A stretch of DNA of 64,000 bases from assembly GCF_963921235.1 (NCBI RefSeq), contig NC_086108.1, positions 42,286,001-42,350,000 on the forward strand. Direction: 5' to 3'. A program made the position numbers and the translations under genes. This DNA comes from Mobula hypostoma (lineage: Eukaryota). Below are positions 23,603-35,892 of this stretch, one piece after another. Below the pieces are notes generated by a model that saw only the letters and a program-made list of their open reading frames with translations, did not search any database and had not been told where the DNA came from. How positions within the stretch are numbered: the stretch's first letter is position 1; the number at the start of each line of letters is the position of its first letter.

Positions 23603-25535
23603 CAGTGCCTTGTAAAAGTCTCAGCCCCCAACAATGAGTATTTCAAGCAGGGATTTTGATCAATTTAACTGAGAATTTTTATTTGTAAATCATGTGCTCT
23701 TTTTTTTCCACAGTAGAGCCCAAAAAACCAGGGAAAATTGTAAAGTATGAAAAACTAAAAGTTCAAAACCTGAGATGTCAGCAGTTCAATGGTATTCATC
23801 CCCCTTAGTTCAGTATTTGATTGAACCACCTCCTGCAGCTATTCCAGCCTGTAGGCTTTTTGGGTAAGTCTCTATTAGCTTCACACAATGTGATGGAGCA
23901 AGATTTGCCCATTCCTCCTACAAAATTGCTCAAGCTGTGCCAGGTTAGTTGGAGAGTGACAGTGGACAGCAACCTTGAGGTATTGTCAGAGATGTTCGAT
24001 TGGGTTAAGGTCAGGACTCTGACTGGGCCACTCAAGGACATCAATTTTCTTCATTTGAAGCCACTCCATGGTTGCTCTGGCAGTGTTCTTTGGGTTGCTG
24101 TGCTGCTGAAAGACAAACTTCCTCCCCAGTTTAAACTTTCTGGCAGAGGCTAGCAGGTTTTTATCCAGGATCTCTCTGTACTTAGCTGCATTCCCATCAG
24201 TCCTGACCAGATACCCCGTCCCTACTGCTGAAAAGCATCCCCATAGCATGATGCTACCTCTACCAAGCTCTACAGTAGGGATGGTATTACCTGGCACTTG
24301 TGCAATATTAGATTTACGTCACATGTAAAGCTTAATATTGAGGCTAAAAAGTTCCACTTTAGTCTCATCTGACCGCAAGACCTTCTTGCACATCTTTACA
24401 GCATCTTCAATGTGACGCTTTGCAAAGTCTTTAATAGGCATGGATATGCTTTTTTCTTTAGCCTAGATTTCTTCCTTTTCACTCTTCAATAAAATACCCA
24501 TTTTCTGCAAAGCCCTAGGGATAGTGGAGTCATGAACTTCATCATTTATTACTCTTCCAGTTTTTTTTCGAAGTTTTAGATTTGATCAGAAAGTCTTTCT
24601 TTTTTTTGGTCGTATCCTCAAAATGCACTGCCCAGACCCTTTTTTTTTGTTTCTTTTTTTATATAGTGCAGTGGGGTTTTTTTTCTTCATTTAAAATTAA
24701 ATGCTTTTTCTTTCCTATTCATGAACTGGTAGGAGGAGAATTGCTGTTTTTTTTATTATATATTTTATACTAGCTTACCAATATGTCTGATTTTGATAAT
24801 GTCTATCTTAATCTTGGTTTGTATTGTTATTGATATATATATATATTTGAGATAATTCTCCTCTTGTTTGTATTTATGTTCCTTTTAAATCAATAAAGAG
24901 ATTAATAAAGAAAGAACTTCATCTCCAGTTGCAGCCACTAACTGCTTGCAGCTCACAAGGAGGCATCACAGTAGCCTCTCTTCAGGTGTCATTTTCCACT
25001 GGCAGCTAAATTTAGAGGTGTGACCTAACCTAGACAGTGTGGCTGTGGTTTCATATTTTTTCCACTTTTTCAAGATGGACTGCACTAAGCTCCGAGGTCT
25101 GATCCGTGCCTTTGAGATAGTCTTGTACCCTTCCCCAGATTTGTACTTCCCTATTATCATTTCCCTCACTTGCCTTGAATGCATTTTGTTTTCATTTTGG
25201 TTTGGTCTGTTGAAAATCTACCAGATTGTTGGACATTACAAAGGGAGGGGTTATTGATTCAGGTGATGTTCCAATTTTTCTAATCAACAAATTGGATGCG
25301 TTGGTAAGGTAATGAACAGTATTGCACCTGAGGAAAGTTCCCAGTAATTACCAAGGGGATGAATACTTTTTCAGCCTCACAATTTTGGTTTTTAAATTTT
25401 AGTAAATTGTGGACAGTTTTTGGTATTTTTCTTTTGATTTGACATGATACACAATGCTTTATAGATTAGATCAAAACACCAATATATTTTAAATTTAGAA
25501 AATGAGGCAGTAAAATGCAAAACCAGTTGTGGGTC
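23603..25535 (-). mobile_element. Near full-length degenerate Tc1 transposon
   Basis: TA|cagtgccttgtaaaagt end; N-terminal HSRQVREMIIGKYKSGEGYKTISKA; catalytic region [10 protein letters not shown] and [14 protein letters not shown]. Confidence 0.92.
24544..24913 (+). mobile_element. T-rich retroposed fragment (L1/Tx1-like 3' UTR) inserted in the Tc1
   Basis: 10-bp TSD gaacttcatc (24534-24543, 24914-24923); ends aatcaataaagagattaataaagaaa. Confidence 0.65.
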
Positions 25536-25789
25536 TGTGACCGAGCTAAGAGAGGATGGAGTGTGACACTAAGTAAATAGTTCTTAGTTACCTTTTGTGT
25601 CATAATAAAGTGTTCTTGTACTGTGCAGGTTATTTTAGTAAAGGAAATATCAGATTTAACTATTCTTCACAGTTAAAATTCTTAGTTATTTTAAACTAAC
25701 CAAGGGAAATATTGTGGATATTTTAAAACACCAGAAGATTCTTCTAAAATGGAGTTTGTTCTGGCAAGTGGGTGGTGCGAATTTTGAGG

Positions 25790-26730
25790 TGTCATATGCA
25801 GAAGCCAAGTAAACAGTAAGTGGCAGGATCCCAGGAGCACCGATATGCAGAGGAATAAGTAAAGAAGCTGTATGGCATGCTGGCCTTCATCAGCTGGGGC
25901 ACTGAGTATAACAACTGGAAATCATATTAGAGATGAGTAAAACTTCGGTGAGTCACAAATGGAGTATTGCATGCTACATTACAGGAAGGATGTGGAGACT
26001 TAGGAGAGGGTGCAGAAGAGGTTCACCAGAATGTTGCTTGGTTTGGATTTTTGTAACTATAAGGAGAAATATATGGGGCAACAGGGTAGCCTAGTGGTTT
26101 ACACAGTTCCTTACAGTACCAGTGACCCGGGTTCATTTCACACCACTCTCTGTAAGAAGTTTGTATGTTCTCCTTCTGAAAATGTTAGTTTCCTTTGGGT
26201 GCTCTGGTTTCCTCCCACAGTCCAAAGACTTACCAGTTGGTAGTGATTAGGCTATGATTACATCGAGGGTTGTTGGGTGGCACTGCTTGAAGGGCCTATT
26301 TCACGTTGTATCTCAATAAATAAATAAATAAATGTTGTTTCTCTGGAACACCCCAGGCTGAGGAGCATCCTGATAGAGGTAACTAAATTTATGAGAAGCA
26401 AAGACAGGGAGATTGTGAGAGACCTTTCCCCCCATACTGAGAATATCAGTCACTAGAGGGCATTGATTTAAGGTGGGTGCGGTGGGGAAGGTTACAGGAG
26501 ATATGCAAGACAGTTTTTTTAATATAGAGAGGTAGGTGCCTTCAGCATATTACCTGGAAAGTGGCGGAGCAGGTATGATAACAACATTTATGAGGTATTT
26601 AGACCAAACAATGAAGCAGGCAAGAAATAACAGGGTGTGGACCACGTGCAGGCGGGATTGGTTTAGTTTGGAATCACAGTCAGTACAGGTATGATGTCCC
26701 AAAAGGCCTGTTCATGGCTATACTCTTCTG
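25790..26730 (+). mobile_element. Old CR1 3' fragment interrupted by a SINE
   Basis: ERVQKRFTRMLLGL before the SINE; CR1-like continuation after 26335. Confidence 0.75.
26075..26333 (+). mobile_element. V-SINE (tRNA-derived)
   Basis: tRNA-like head (tagcctagtgg, ggttcatttc), V-domain-like ggtgctctggtttcctcccacagtccaaagac, (taaa)n tail. Confidence 0.85.
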
Positions 26731-27636
26731 ACAACAGAGTTTACTGGGAAACAATTATGCACTCTACGTCACTTCTTTTTAATGTGTGGCTGTGTTTTCA
26801 TCACCCTCACTGTACATCAGAGTTGGGACTGTGATTGAAACTGGCTGACTTAGGTCAATGTCAAAAATCCACAAAAGATATTGGAAAATTAGAATTTTAT
26901 TTTACCTCTGCACATGTCTGTCTCTTTTCTTCTTATTTTCCATTAGCAAATGCAAAATCATGTGTTGGTGGAAGCAGAGCTAAGTATTCCATGGATACAA
27001 AAGTTATTGCTAAAGAAATTACAGTGGTAATTTACAAGAGTTTAATAATAAATAATTCCCCATTGGAATAATACTTTCTTAGATGTCATTAAATTAGCAA
27101 ATTATATAGCTTCATTAAGGTTATTATCCTCTAGGTTTTAAAACAAATATTTTATCCTTATATTCTTTATAACAGACCTTTATTTATTTTATGTTGTTCA
27201 GGGGGTGTTGTCACCAATATATTTATGCGATCTAATTTGAGAATCTAGTTGTTGCAGACATGATTTGCACTGAATAATTTGCTATGGAAATTATGTCAAC
27301 ACTTGGTAATAGATGCAACTGTTGAGTACAGTACCTTGCCAACAAAATCTGTTGTGCAGCTTTGGTTAGCTATCAAATTAAGCAATTTAAGGTTTCAATG
27401 TTGTTTCTAAATTTTTATGACTTTTTTGATTTTTTCATCTCAAAATATCCAGTATTTCTTAATGTGTTCTGGGGAGCAGATAATATGCTTTTGGTCACTT
27501 TCTCTGGTACCCAGGCAGCTTTTCCTTCAAAGTTTCCTTGCTGTTATTTATTTTAGAACATGGGCAATATTCTTACATAGGATTGGGATCTTGCAGAAAA
27601 CTTTTATCTCAAACCACTTTAATATATTTTCATATC

Positions 27637-28412
27637 CAGTAGATCCAGTTAACTGGGACACATTGGGAATCATATGTTTTGGCCCAATTAGATGAAGTTT
27701 TATGGAAATAGTTAAAAAAGTATTAAAAAGACAAACTGTAACAAAATTATATATTTTAATGAAATACAGAACAAATGAGAACATTACCAATACAACAGTA
27801 CTTTAAAACTGCGTATTAGTTCCCAATTGTTATCGTATATGCTATTTTCTTTTGATTGTAAATTAGCAAAATCAGTGCAGACACCTAGTGCAAATAATGG
27901 ATTACCTTCATACAATACTTTCAATGATTGTATTTTCCAAATCATTGTTTTCATTGTAACATTCAAGATGATTGTCAGTACCTTCAACCTCTTCATAGTA
28001 CCTAATCTTGTTGAAGAAGTGAACTTGTTTCATTCTCACTCCCAGCTGGTTCTGACATCATCAAACCTGAATGCTTGAAACCGCAGTGAGCAAAACGGTT
28101 CTGAATAGTCTTACTGCTTATTTCTTGCCAACTATCAGTGACAAAAATCGCTGCTTTTTGAACACAGGCATATGTAACTGGCGCTATTTAAAAATTGTAT
28201 GCTTTAAGCACAGTGTAGTATCTAACGGCCACAGCAAGCGCACATGTTAGAAACTGTTCAGTAACAGTCTCCTGTTCTATTTAAGTGACATAGTGTCTCA
28301 AATGAACAAAATGAATCCCAGTTATTTTCTCAATTAGTTTTTTTCTTTTAAGAATTGTCGCAAATAACCAGCTGCACCAATTACCAGTGGCCCAGTTTAC
28401 TGGAATCCACTG
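27637..28412 (-). mobile_element. Non-autonomous Tc1/mariner-superfamily (pogo/Tigger-like) element
   Basis: TIRs cagtagatccagttaactggg / cccagtttactggaatccactg|TA; inverted homologue of 35893-38460. Confidence 0.7.
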
Positions 28413-29451
28413 TATTGAAATGCTGTGCTCAACAATATTGTTGGAAAGACATGTTGAGAAGTAGACATTTTTTTTGACAGTTCTGCTACACTTTTACCTC
28501 ATGTGCCAGCTGGTATTGAGCCTTACCCAACCAGCATTATAGTGACCTCAGTGAAACACGTACTCCAGTTCATTTATGGTGATGAATTGTCATCCATCGA
28601 TCAGTTGGGAAGTCGGTCAGTTCTCAGTAGGCATGTAATAGAGCTGGCTCATTCCAATTCATAATATGATCCAGAGAGAAAATAAGAAGATGGTAGGCCT
28701 CCCATGCCACATAAAGGAAGCCACTGGCACAATCAAAGTTCTGCTTGACACTGTATTTCTGTATCAAAGTGCACTTAAGTCATTCTCAGATCCCAGCTTT
28801 CTCAAACGTTTGTGCATTTCAGTGATTGACTAGATAGGATAGTAAATGGTGAATGAAAGAAAGCCTGTGTCAAGTTTGAAGTAAACATTTCAAAATATAG
28901 GCTTGCTGGATGAGTATTTCAGTTTAAGTTTTACTTCCTCTTTGTTTTATTAAAAAAGTCGGATACAGGTTTTATAATGCTTATATCAATGAAATTCTGC
29001 TTCCTTTACATAGATTTTTATGGTTTATTTAATTTTCAGTGTAATTTTATACATCTCAATTTGCAGATACACTTTAAAAAAATTTATTTCTGTTTCGGGT
29101 GCTGTATCCTGCATTAGATTGTATGATGGGATGTATTATAAAGTTAATACATTCTGATGCCAGGCACTTAATGATTATGATTTGCCTTCGATGCTACATT
29201 ATATAAGACCATTACGTAGGATTTAAACTTATCTGCAGGATGACTGAATGCAAAATCCTGTATCCCTGTTGGACCTCTCCGCCAATTTTTCTACAGCCCA
29301 CGTTGTCATGGCTCTGTTCAGTATCATGTCAAAATTTGTTTATAATACCAGGTGGTAGTGTTGTTGATCCAACACTAGGTGGCAGTGTTGACTGTGAAAA
29401 GGATGCTGTCCTTTTCAAGCTGAAGTTTATCGTCATATGTACAAATACCGT

Positions 29452-30635
29452 AAGACATAGGAGCAGAATTAAGTCACTCGACCCATTAAGTCTGCTCCGC
29501 CATTTCATCATGGCTGATTTATTATTGCTCTGAACCCCATTCTACTGCTTTCTCCCTGTAACCTTTGATACATTGACTGACCAAGAACCTATCAACCTCC
29601 AGTTTAAATATACCCATTGACTTGGCCTCCACAACTATCCACAGCTATGAATTCCATAGATTCACCTATTCTAAGGCTGTGTTTTCTAGACTCCTTCACA
29701 TCCAATCTGTGTAGGCCTTTCAGTATTTGAAAGGCTTCAGTGAGATCCTCGCTCATTCATCGAAACTCCAATGAGTACAGACCCAGTGCCGTCAAGTGCT
29801 CCTCATACGTTAACCCTTTCATTCCCAGAATTATTCTTGTGAACTTTCTTTGGACTGTCTCCAATGCCACCACATAGGGTCTTTTAAGAATGACTGGGTC
29901 TTAAGAGGCTCCTTGATAGGTACATGGAGCTTAGAAAAATAGAGGGCTATGGTTAAGCCTAGGTAGTTCTAAGGTAAGGACATGGTTGGCACAGCTTTGT
30001 GGGCCGAAGGGCCTGTGTTGTGCTGTAGATTTTTCTATGTTTTTTTCACATCATTTCTTAGATAAAGGGCCCAAACCTGTTCACAATACTCCAAATACGG
30101 CCTGACCAATCCTTATAAAGCTTCAGCATCGCATCCTTGCTCTTGTATTCTTGTCCTCTCAAAATGAAAGCTAACATTACGTGTGCTATCCTTACCACCG
30201 TCTGAACCTGCAAATTAACATGTAGGGACTCCTGCACAAGAACTCTCAAGCCCCTTTGCATCACTGACTTCTGAATTTTCTCCCCCTTTAGAAAATAGTC
30301 TATGCCTTCATTCCTTCTACTCATGACCATACTCTTGTATTCCATCTGCCACTTCTTTTCCTGTTCTTCCAATATCTCCAAGTCTTTCTGCACACTCACT
30401 GCTTCCTCAACACTACCTGCCCCTCCACCTATCTCTGTTTCATCTGCAAACTTGGTCACAAAGCTTTCAATTCTGGCATTGGCAGTGAAACATACTAGGC
30501 CACCTTTACTCCAACTCTTTGCTTCCAGCCAGTCACCAATCTTCTATCCATGCTTGTATTTTTCCTGAATACCACAGGCTCTTCTCTTGTTAAGCAGCCT
30601 CAAATACGGCACCCTGTCAAAAGCCTTCAGAAAAT
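29452..30635 (-). mobile_element. CR1 LINE fragment with a nested + strand CR1 3' end (about 29875-30045)
   Basis: ORF 30058-30459 (KFADETEIGG); the nested piece matches the tail of the 6770-7699 subfamily. Confidence 0.88.
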
Positions 30636-30789
30636 CCTGCAGCTACTGCAACAACGTCACAGTCGCCTGGATTCAGACAGCAGTACACGGAACAGAAGTT
30701 ACATGTAAATTATATATGACAGTGAAGAAGGAAAGGAAGATTGCAAAACAAGGCAAAAATGCAAAACAAAAGTACATTCATGGATGCAG

Positions 30790-32300
30790 AGAGGCCTCGA
30801 AGAATTTCTAGACAGATTAAGTCAAAGGGTAGATGGAATATAATGCTGTTGGATGTGAGGCCATCCACTTTGGCAGAGGAAAAGGAAAGCTGGAATGTCT
30901 TTTTAATTGGTGAGAAATCGAGATGTTTGCATTCAGAGAGACCATGTTGAATCTGTACATGAAATACTGAAAGTTAACATCTGGGTATATCAAGCAATTA
31001 GAAAGGCAAACAGTATGTAGAGAATTTGAAAACAAGATATGGGAGTTCTTGCCAGATGTCACAGTAAGCCAGCAGAGGCTGGTGCAGCTTCTGTTAAGAA
31101 ATTGGCCACCCATACAAGTGGGTTAAATCATGGATGTTGACAATGTAACTGTACCAGTAAAATGTTAAATTACTTGCATGGCACATGTTGCTGTAATCAT
31201 AGAATGGTGGCGAGTCTGCCTGTAGAATATTGTGTGCAGAAGGATGAGGAGAGATCTCCATGAAACCTGCCAGACACTGAAATGTTTGCATAAAGTGGAC
31301 TTAGAGAGGATGTCTGGGATCTAAGGTCAAAGCCTCAGAGTAAGGTGGCACCTTTCTCTCTGACAGTGAAATGAGGAGGAATTTTCTCAGCTGGAGAGTG
31401 GTGAATCTGTAAAATCATTGCCATGGAGGACAAGTCACTGGGTGTATCTAAGGCAGAGATTGATAGGTTTTTGATTGGTAAGGGGTTTAATGGGAGAATG
31501 GGATTATGAAAGAAATCAACCATAATGAAAGAGCAGAGCAGATTGGAATGGTTTAATTCTGCTCCTGTGTCTAATGGTTCAGTCCTAATGGTGTATACGT
31601 CTGATGTTCCTGTTCAAAGGAAGATGCAGTGAAGGTTCACTAATTTAATTCCAGAGTTTGACAGATGAGTCAGAATCAGGTTTAATATCACTGCCATATG
31701 TCTTGAAGTTTGTTGTATTATGGCAGTAGTACATTGCAATACATAATAATAAAAGAACTATAAATTACAGTAAGATTTATCTATAAAAATTAAATTAAGT
31801 AAGTAGTGCAAAAACAGAGGAAACATACTGAGGTAGTGTTCACAAATTCATTGTTCGTTCGGAAATCTGACGGCAGAGGGGAAGAGGCTGATCCAGAAAA
31901 GTTGAAGAAGGGTTAAGCAGGTTCTGCCCATAACAGAGTCTAAAGGGATGAGAGAGGACCTCATTGAAATGTTCACGTTTCATAAGAGACTTGACGCATC
32001 AGATGTGGTTCCCCCTTTCTGTGGATTTCCAAAATCAGCTATCACACAATCTCAAAACTGGGGATCAGCTACTTTAGACAAATAATTGGAAATCTTTTCA
32101 CTCAGTGGGTAGTAAATCTTCCAAATTCTGTACCCAAAAGAACCTTGCTCAGTTGTTTAGCTTATTCAAGAGAGCAGTAGGTTTTTATATATATTCAGGG
32201 AATCGGCAGATATGGGCAAATGTAGAAAAGTGGAGTTAAAAGAGATCTGCCAACAAGCAGAGCAGCCGTTTGACCAACTCCTATTTCTGTTTCTCGTGTT
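30790..32300. mobile_element. Cluster of old + strand CR1 fragments plus a minus-strand Rex1 3' end (about 31670-31905)
   Basis: Degenerate CR1 3' motifs (gtggtgaatctgt, aaggcagagattgatagg); Rex1 tail cagaatcaggtttaatatcac. Confidence 0.65.
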
Positions 32301-32513
32301 TTTGTGTTATCCACTGCAGTTGTTACTGCCTGAAAATGTCGTATAATAGGTGATAAATGCTGGGGAAATTGCACGAGTTATTGTGCCAAATGCCAAGAAG
32401 TACAAGCATGGTTTTCAGTAAATCTTACTAATTTAGGAAAAAGCATATTTTATTTTAAACACCTGCTCATTTGCAGTATGATTTAATTGTCTAACGCCTC
32501 TATTTGGTGATAG

Positions 32514-32655
32514 GCTCGCTACCGGAAAGATCAAACACTACCCAAGCAACTGCCCTGCATCCCACCAGTGGAAAATCTGCTGAAGGATACCACCGATGGC
32601 TGTGCGTTGGCTGCCCTGATCCACTTTTACTGCCCTGATATTATACGAATGGAAG
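32514..32655 (+). CDS. CAMSAP2: CAMSAP2 exon, CH domain start: ARYRKDQTLPKQLPCIPPVENLLKDTTDGCALAALIHFYCPDIIRME
   Basis: tag acceptor, gtgaga donor, 142 nt phase 0/1; CAMSAP CH motif DGCALAALIHFYCP. Confidence 0.96.
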
Positions 32656-33254
32656 GTGAGACTTTGTTTTGGAATGGGTATCATGATCAAGGAATTTATT
32701 CTGATACCTGTAATGGACTCATTTGGGAAGCAATGCGTTCGGAGACTGCTGTAATCGTGCTTACCTAAACTGTTTTTTTCCATCTGGGATGCACATCATC
32801 GGATTCATAAATAAAAGCACCAGTGGCCCCTGGTGATCCTATTTCTCAGTTCTATCAACACCTAAGCTCCTGCTCTTGAGAGCCAATCTGAATTCCATTT
32901 TTAGACAGTTTGGGTATACCTTTGTAGTTCAGACATTGTCCCAGATATATGCTTGAAGGAGACCATGTCATTAGGATCACTACCATTACAACCCCATCAG
33001 TACTATGTTAACTTCTCTGATTCCCATTGATATTGGGGCCTTTTGTACAATCCCATCAAAGTGATGACTCCCTTCTTATTTCTATACTCTGTCCATGTAG
33101 TTTCACTGGACATTCCCAAGGAATATCCCCTCTAAGTACTGCCGTGATGTCCTCCCTAATTTAGAAAAAACTCAACTCCCCCTCTTCTCTTCCCTCCAAG
33201 ACTATCCGGCTTCTGTAGCCCAGAACATTGAACTGCCAGTCTTTCCCATCCCTA

Positions 33255-33640
33255 AATCACAGAACACTGAACAGTACTGTACAGGAGCAGGCCCTTTGGC
33301 CTACGATGTCTATGTCAGCCATGATGCCATTCTAAATGAATCCCATCTGTCTGCTTATGGTCTATATCACCTCATTTCCTGCTTGTTCATGTGCTGCTTA
33401 AATACTTCTAAAAGGTTATTGCTGTATCTCTTCCACCCCCCCCTCCCCTGGCAGCACATTCCAGGGCTCCTACCCCTTTGTGTAAAATCTTGCCCCAGAT
33501 CTCCTTTAAACTTTCCCCCTCTGATATTTTAAATGATCTAGCCTATTTATGCCTCTGATAATCTTATATACTTCTATTATGTTGTTCCTCAGCCCCTGAT
33601 ACTCCAGGGAAAACATTCCAAGTTTGTCCAACCTCTCTTC
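33255..33640 (-). mobile_element. Old CR1 3' fragment
   Basis: Resembles the reverse complement of the CR1 3' ends elsewhere in the window. Confidence 0.6.
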
Positions 33641-34154
33641 GTTTCTGTAACAGTTATAATATCACAAGCCTGTGCGCTTAATCTGCGTATTCTGTGAGGC
33701 TTCTTGTATTAAAATAAGCATGGCCTAACCTCTGGGACAATTCTCCCTCCCTCCCCTGCTCCTGCCTAATCTGCCAAATGAAGTTGCTTTAATTCCTGTA
33801 CCTGTCTCAACATTTCCATCTGCTGTACTACTACCTTGGGTCCATCCCCCACCAGACCATTCAGTTGCAGATCTCCCTGCCGGGACGTTGCTTCCACTTC
33901 AGTTATCTGTTTGCCAACAAAGTAAGTAAAAAACAAACAAACCTTAGAAAAGGTTGGCTTTCAGATTCCACTTCAAAACTTTTTAATGTGCAATCCAATT
34001 TTGTTTTAGAAACACCAAGAGTAATGTGGAAAATTTGAATGAACCTGGCACCTGGTGGGGTATTGCATGCTTCAGTCCAGTCTAGATGCTGCACAAAATC
34101 TTGAGACAGTGTGTTGAGGATCACTCTTTAATTTGTTCCTGAAGAGATTCCTGA

Positions 34155-34820
34155 GTCGGTGGTGAAGAAGGGGAATGCAATGTTGGCATTCATTTCTAGA
34201 GGAATAGAGTATAGGAGCAGGGATGTGATGTTGAGGCTCTATAAGGCGCTGGTGAGACCTCACTTGGAGTACTGTGGGCAGTTTTCGGCTCCTTATTTAA
34301 GAAAGAATGTGCTGACGTTGGAGAGGGTACAGAGAAGATTCACTAGAATGATTCCGGGAGTGAGAGGGTTAACATATGAGGAACGTTTGTCCACTCTTGG
34401 ACTGTATTCTTTGGAGTTTAGAAGAATGAGGGGGGACCTCATAGAAACATTTTGAATGTTGAAAGGCATGGACAGAGTGGATGTGGCAAAGTTGTTTCCC
34501 ATGATGGGGGAGGCTAGTACGAGAGGGCATGACTTAAGGATTGAAGGGTGCCCATTCAGAACAGAAGTGCGAAGAAATTTTTTTAGCCAGAGGGTGGTGA
34601 ATCTATGGAATTTGTTGCCACAGGCGGCAGTGGAGGCCAAGTCATTGGGTGTATTTAAGGCAGAGATTGATAGGTATCTGAGTAGCCAGGGCATCAAAGG
34701 TTATGGTGAGAAGGCAGGGGAGTGGGACTAAATAGGAGAATGGATCAGCTCATGATAAAATGGCGGAGCAGACTCAATGGGCGGAATGGCCGACTTCTGC
34801 TCCTTTGTCTTATGGTCTTA
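34155..34820 (+). mobile_element. Well-preserved CR1 3' fragment ending about 60 bp before exon 34881
   Basis: ORFs 34159-34455 and 34456-34731; tail tcttatggtctta. Confidence 0.95.
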
Positions 34821-34880
34821 AAACTGGTAGAAAGAATCAGTGACACTTAATTAATTCAGTGTGTAATTTTCTTGTCCCAG

Positions 34881-35020
34881 ATATATGCTTGAAGGAGACC
34901 ATGTCATTGGCTGATGGCTTGTATAATCTGCAATTGATTCAGGAATTTTGTGAAGGTTACCTGAACCAGTGCTGCCACTTTCTACTCGAGGACATGCTCT
35001 ATGCATCTTCATCAATCAAG
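34881..35020 (+). CDS. CAMSAP2: CAMSAP2 exon, CH domain: DICLKETMSLADGLYNLQLIQEFCEGYLNQCCHFLLEDMLYASSSIK
   Basis: ttttcttgtcccag acceptor, gtaaaa donor, 140 nt phase 1/0; close to the recalled CAMSAP2 CH sequence. Confidence 0.96.
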
Positions 35021-35892
35021 GTAAAACCGACATCGCATGGTGCTGATTTCCTTCACATCTGAACTCTGCAGCTGTTAGAACCACAGAAAATCAGTGTAAC
35101 AATGCAGATGGCTGGTTTAGGTCAAGGAAATTCAGTTGCCAGTCATGCTGATAGGTAAGGCTGTAAAATGGGAGCCATTTTGATTTAATACAATTGGTCA
35201 TATCTAACTCAGTAAAATCTATCGATGCGATGGAAAACCTGAAAAATTAGCAATGCTACCTGAAACAGATACATCATATATGGGTTGCATTATTTTATAT
35301 GCAATGTGTCTGATTCCTTACCAGCTAATGCACCTGATAAAAGTATACAGGTGTTTGGGATACATATTGTCATGGATGAGAGAGTGGCTAACTAACAGAA
35401 ATTAGAGTCGGGATAAAAGTGTCACTTTTAGTTTAACAGGGGGGTACCACAGGATCACTGCTGGGGCTTCAACTGTTTATAACACATAATAATGACTTGA
35501 ATGAGGTCTGTGTATATTGCCAGCAAATTTGCTAATGGTACTAAGATAAATGGCTAGTTGTTTATGAGGAACGTACGGTGAGCTTGCAGAGGTTGTAGGT
35601 AGGTGACTGAACATGAAATTGGCAACAATGTACAGTACAATTTGGAAAAAAAGTGATATCCACTCTGAAAGAATTTAAAAGAAAATTAATATTTAAATAG
35701 AATAAGTTTATAAAATTATCTATAGGAAAATGAACACTTTTTAGGTAATCATCATGATATACTGAATGCTAAATAATATCCCGTGACACTGCAGCCAAGA
35801 GATTGATCCCAAGTCTGGTCTTCAGGTAGAGTGGGGTTAGATTATTCAATTATTCCAAGGAACATAGATATAATTCTGATTTTTTTGTAATA

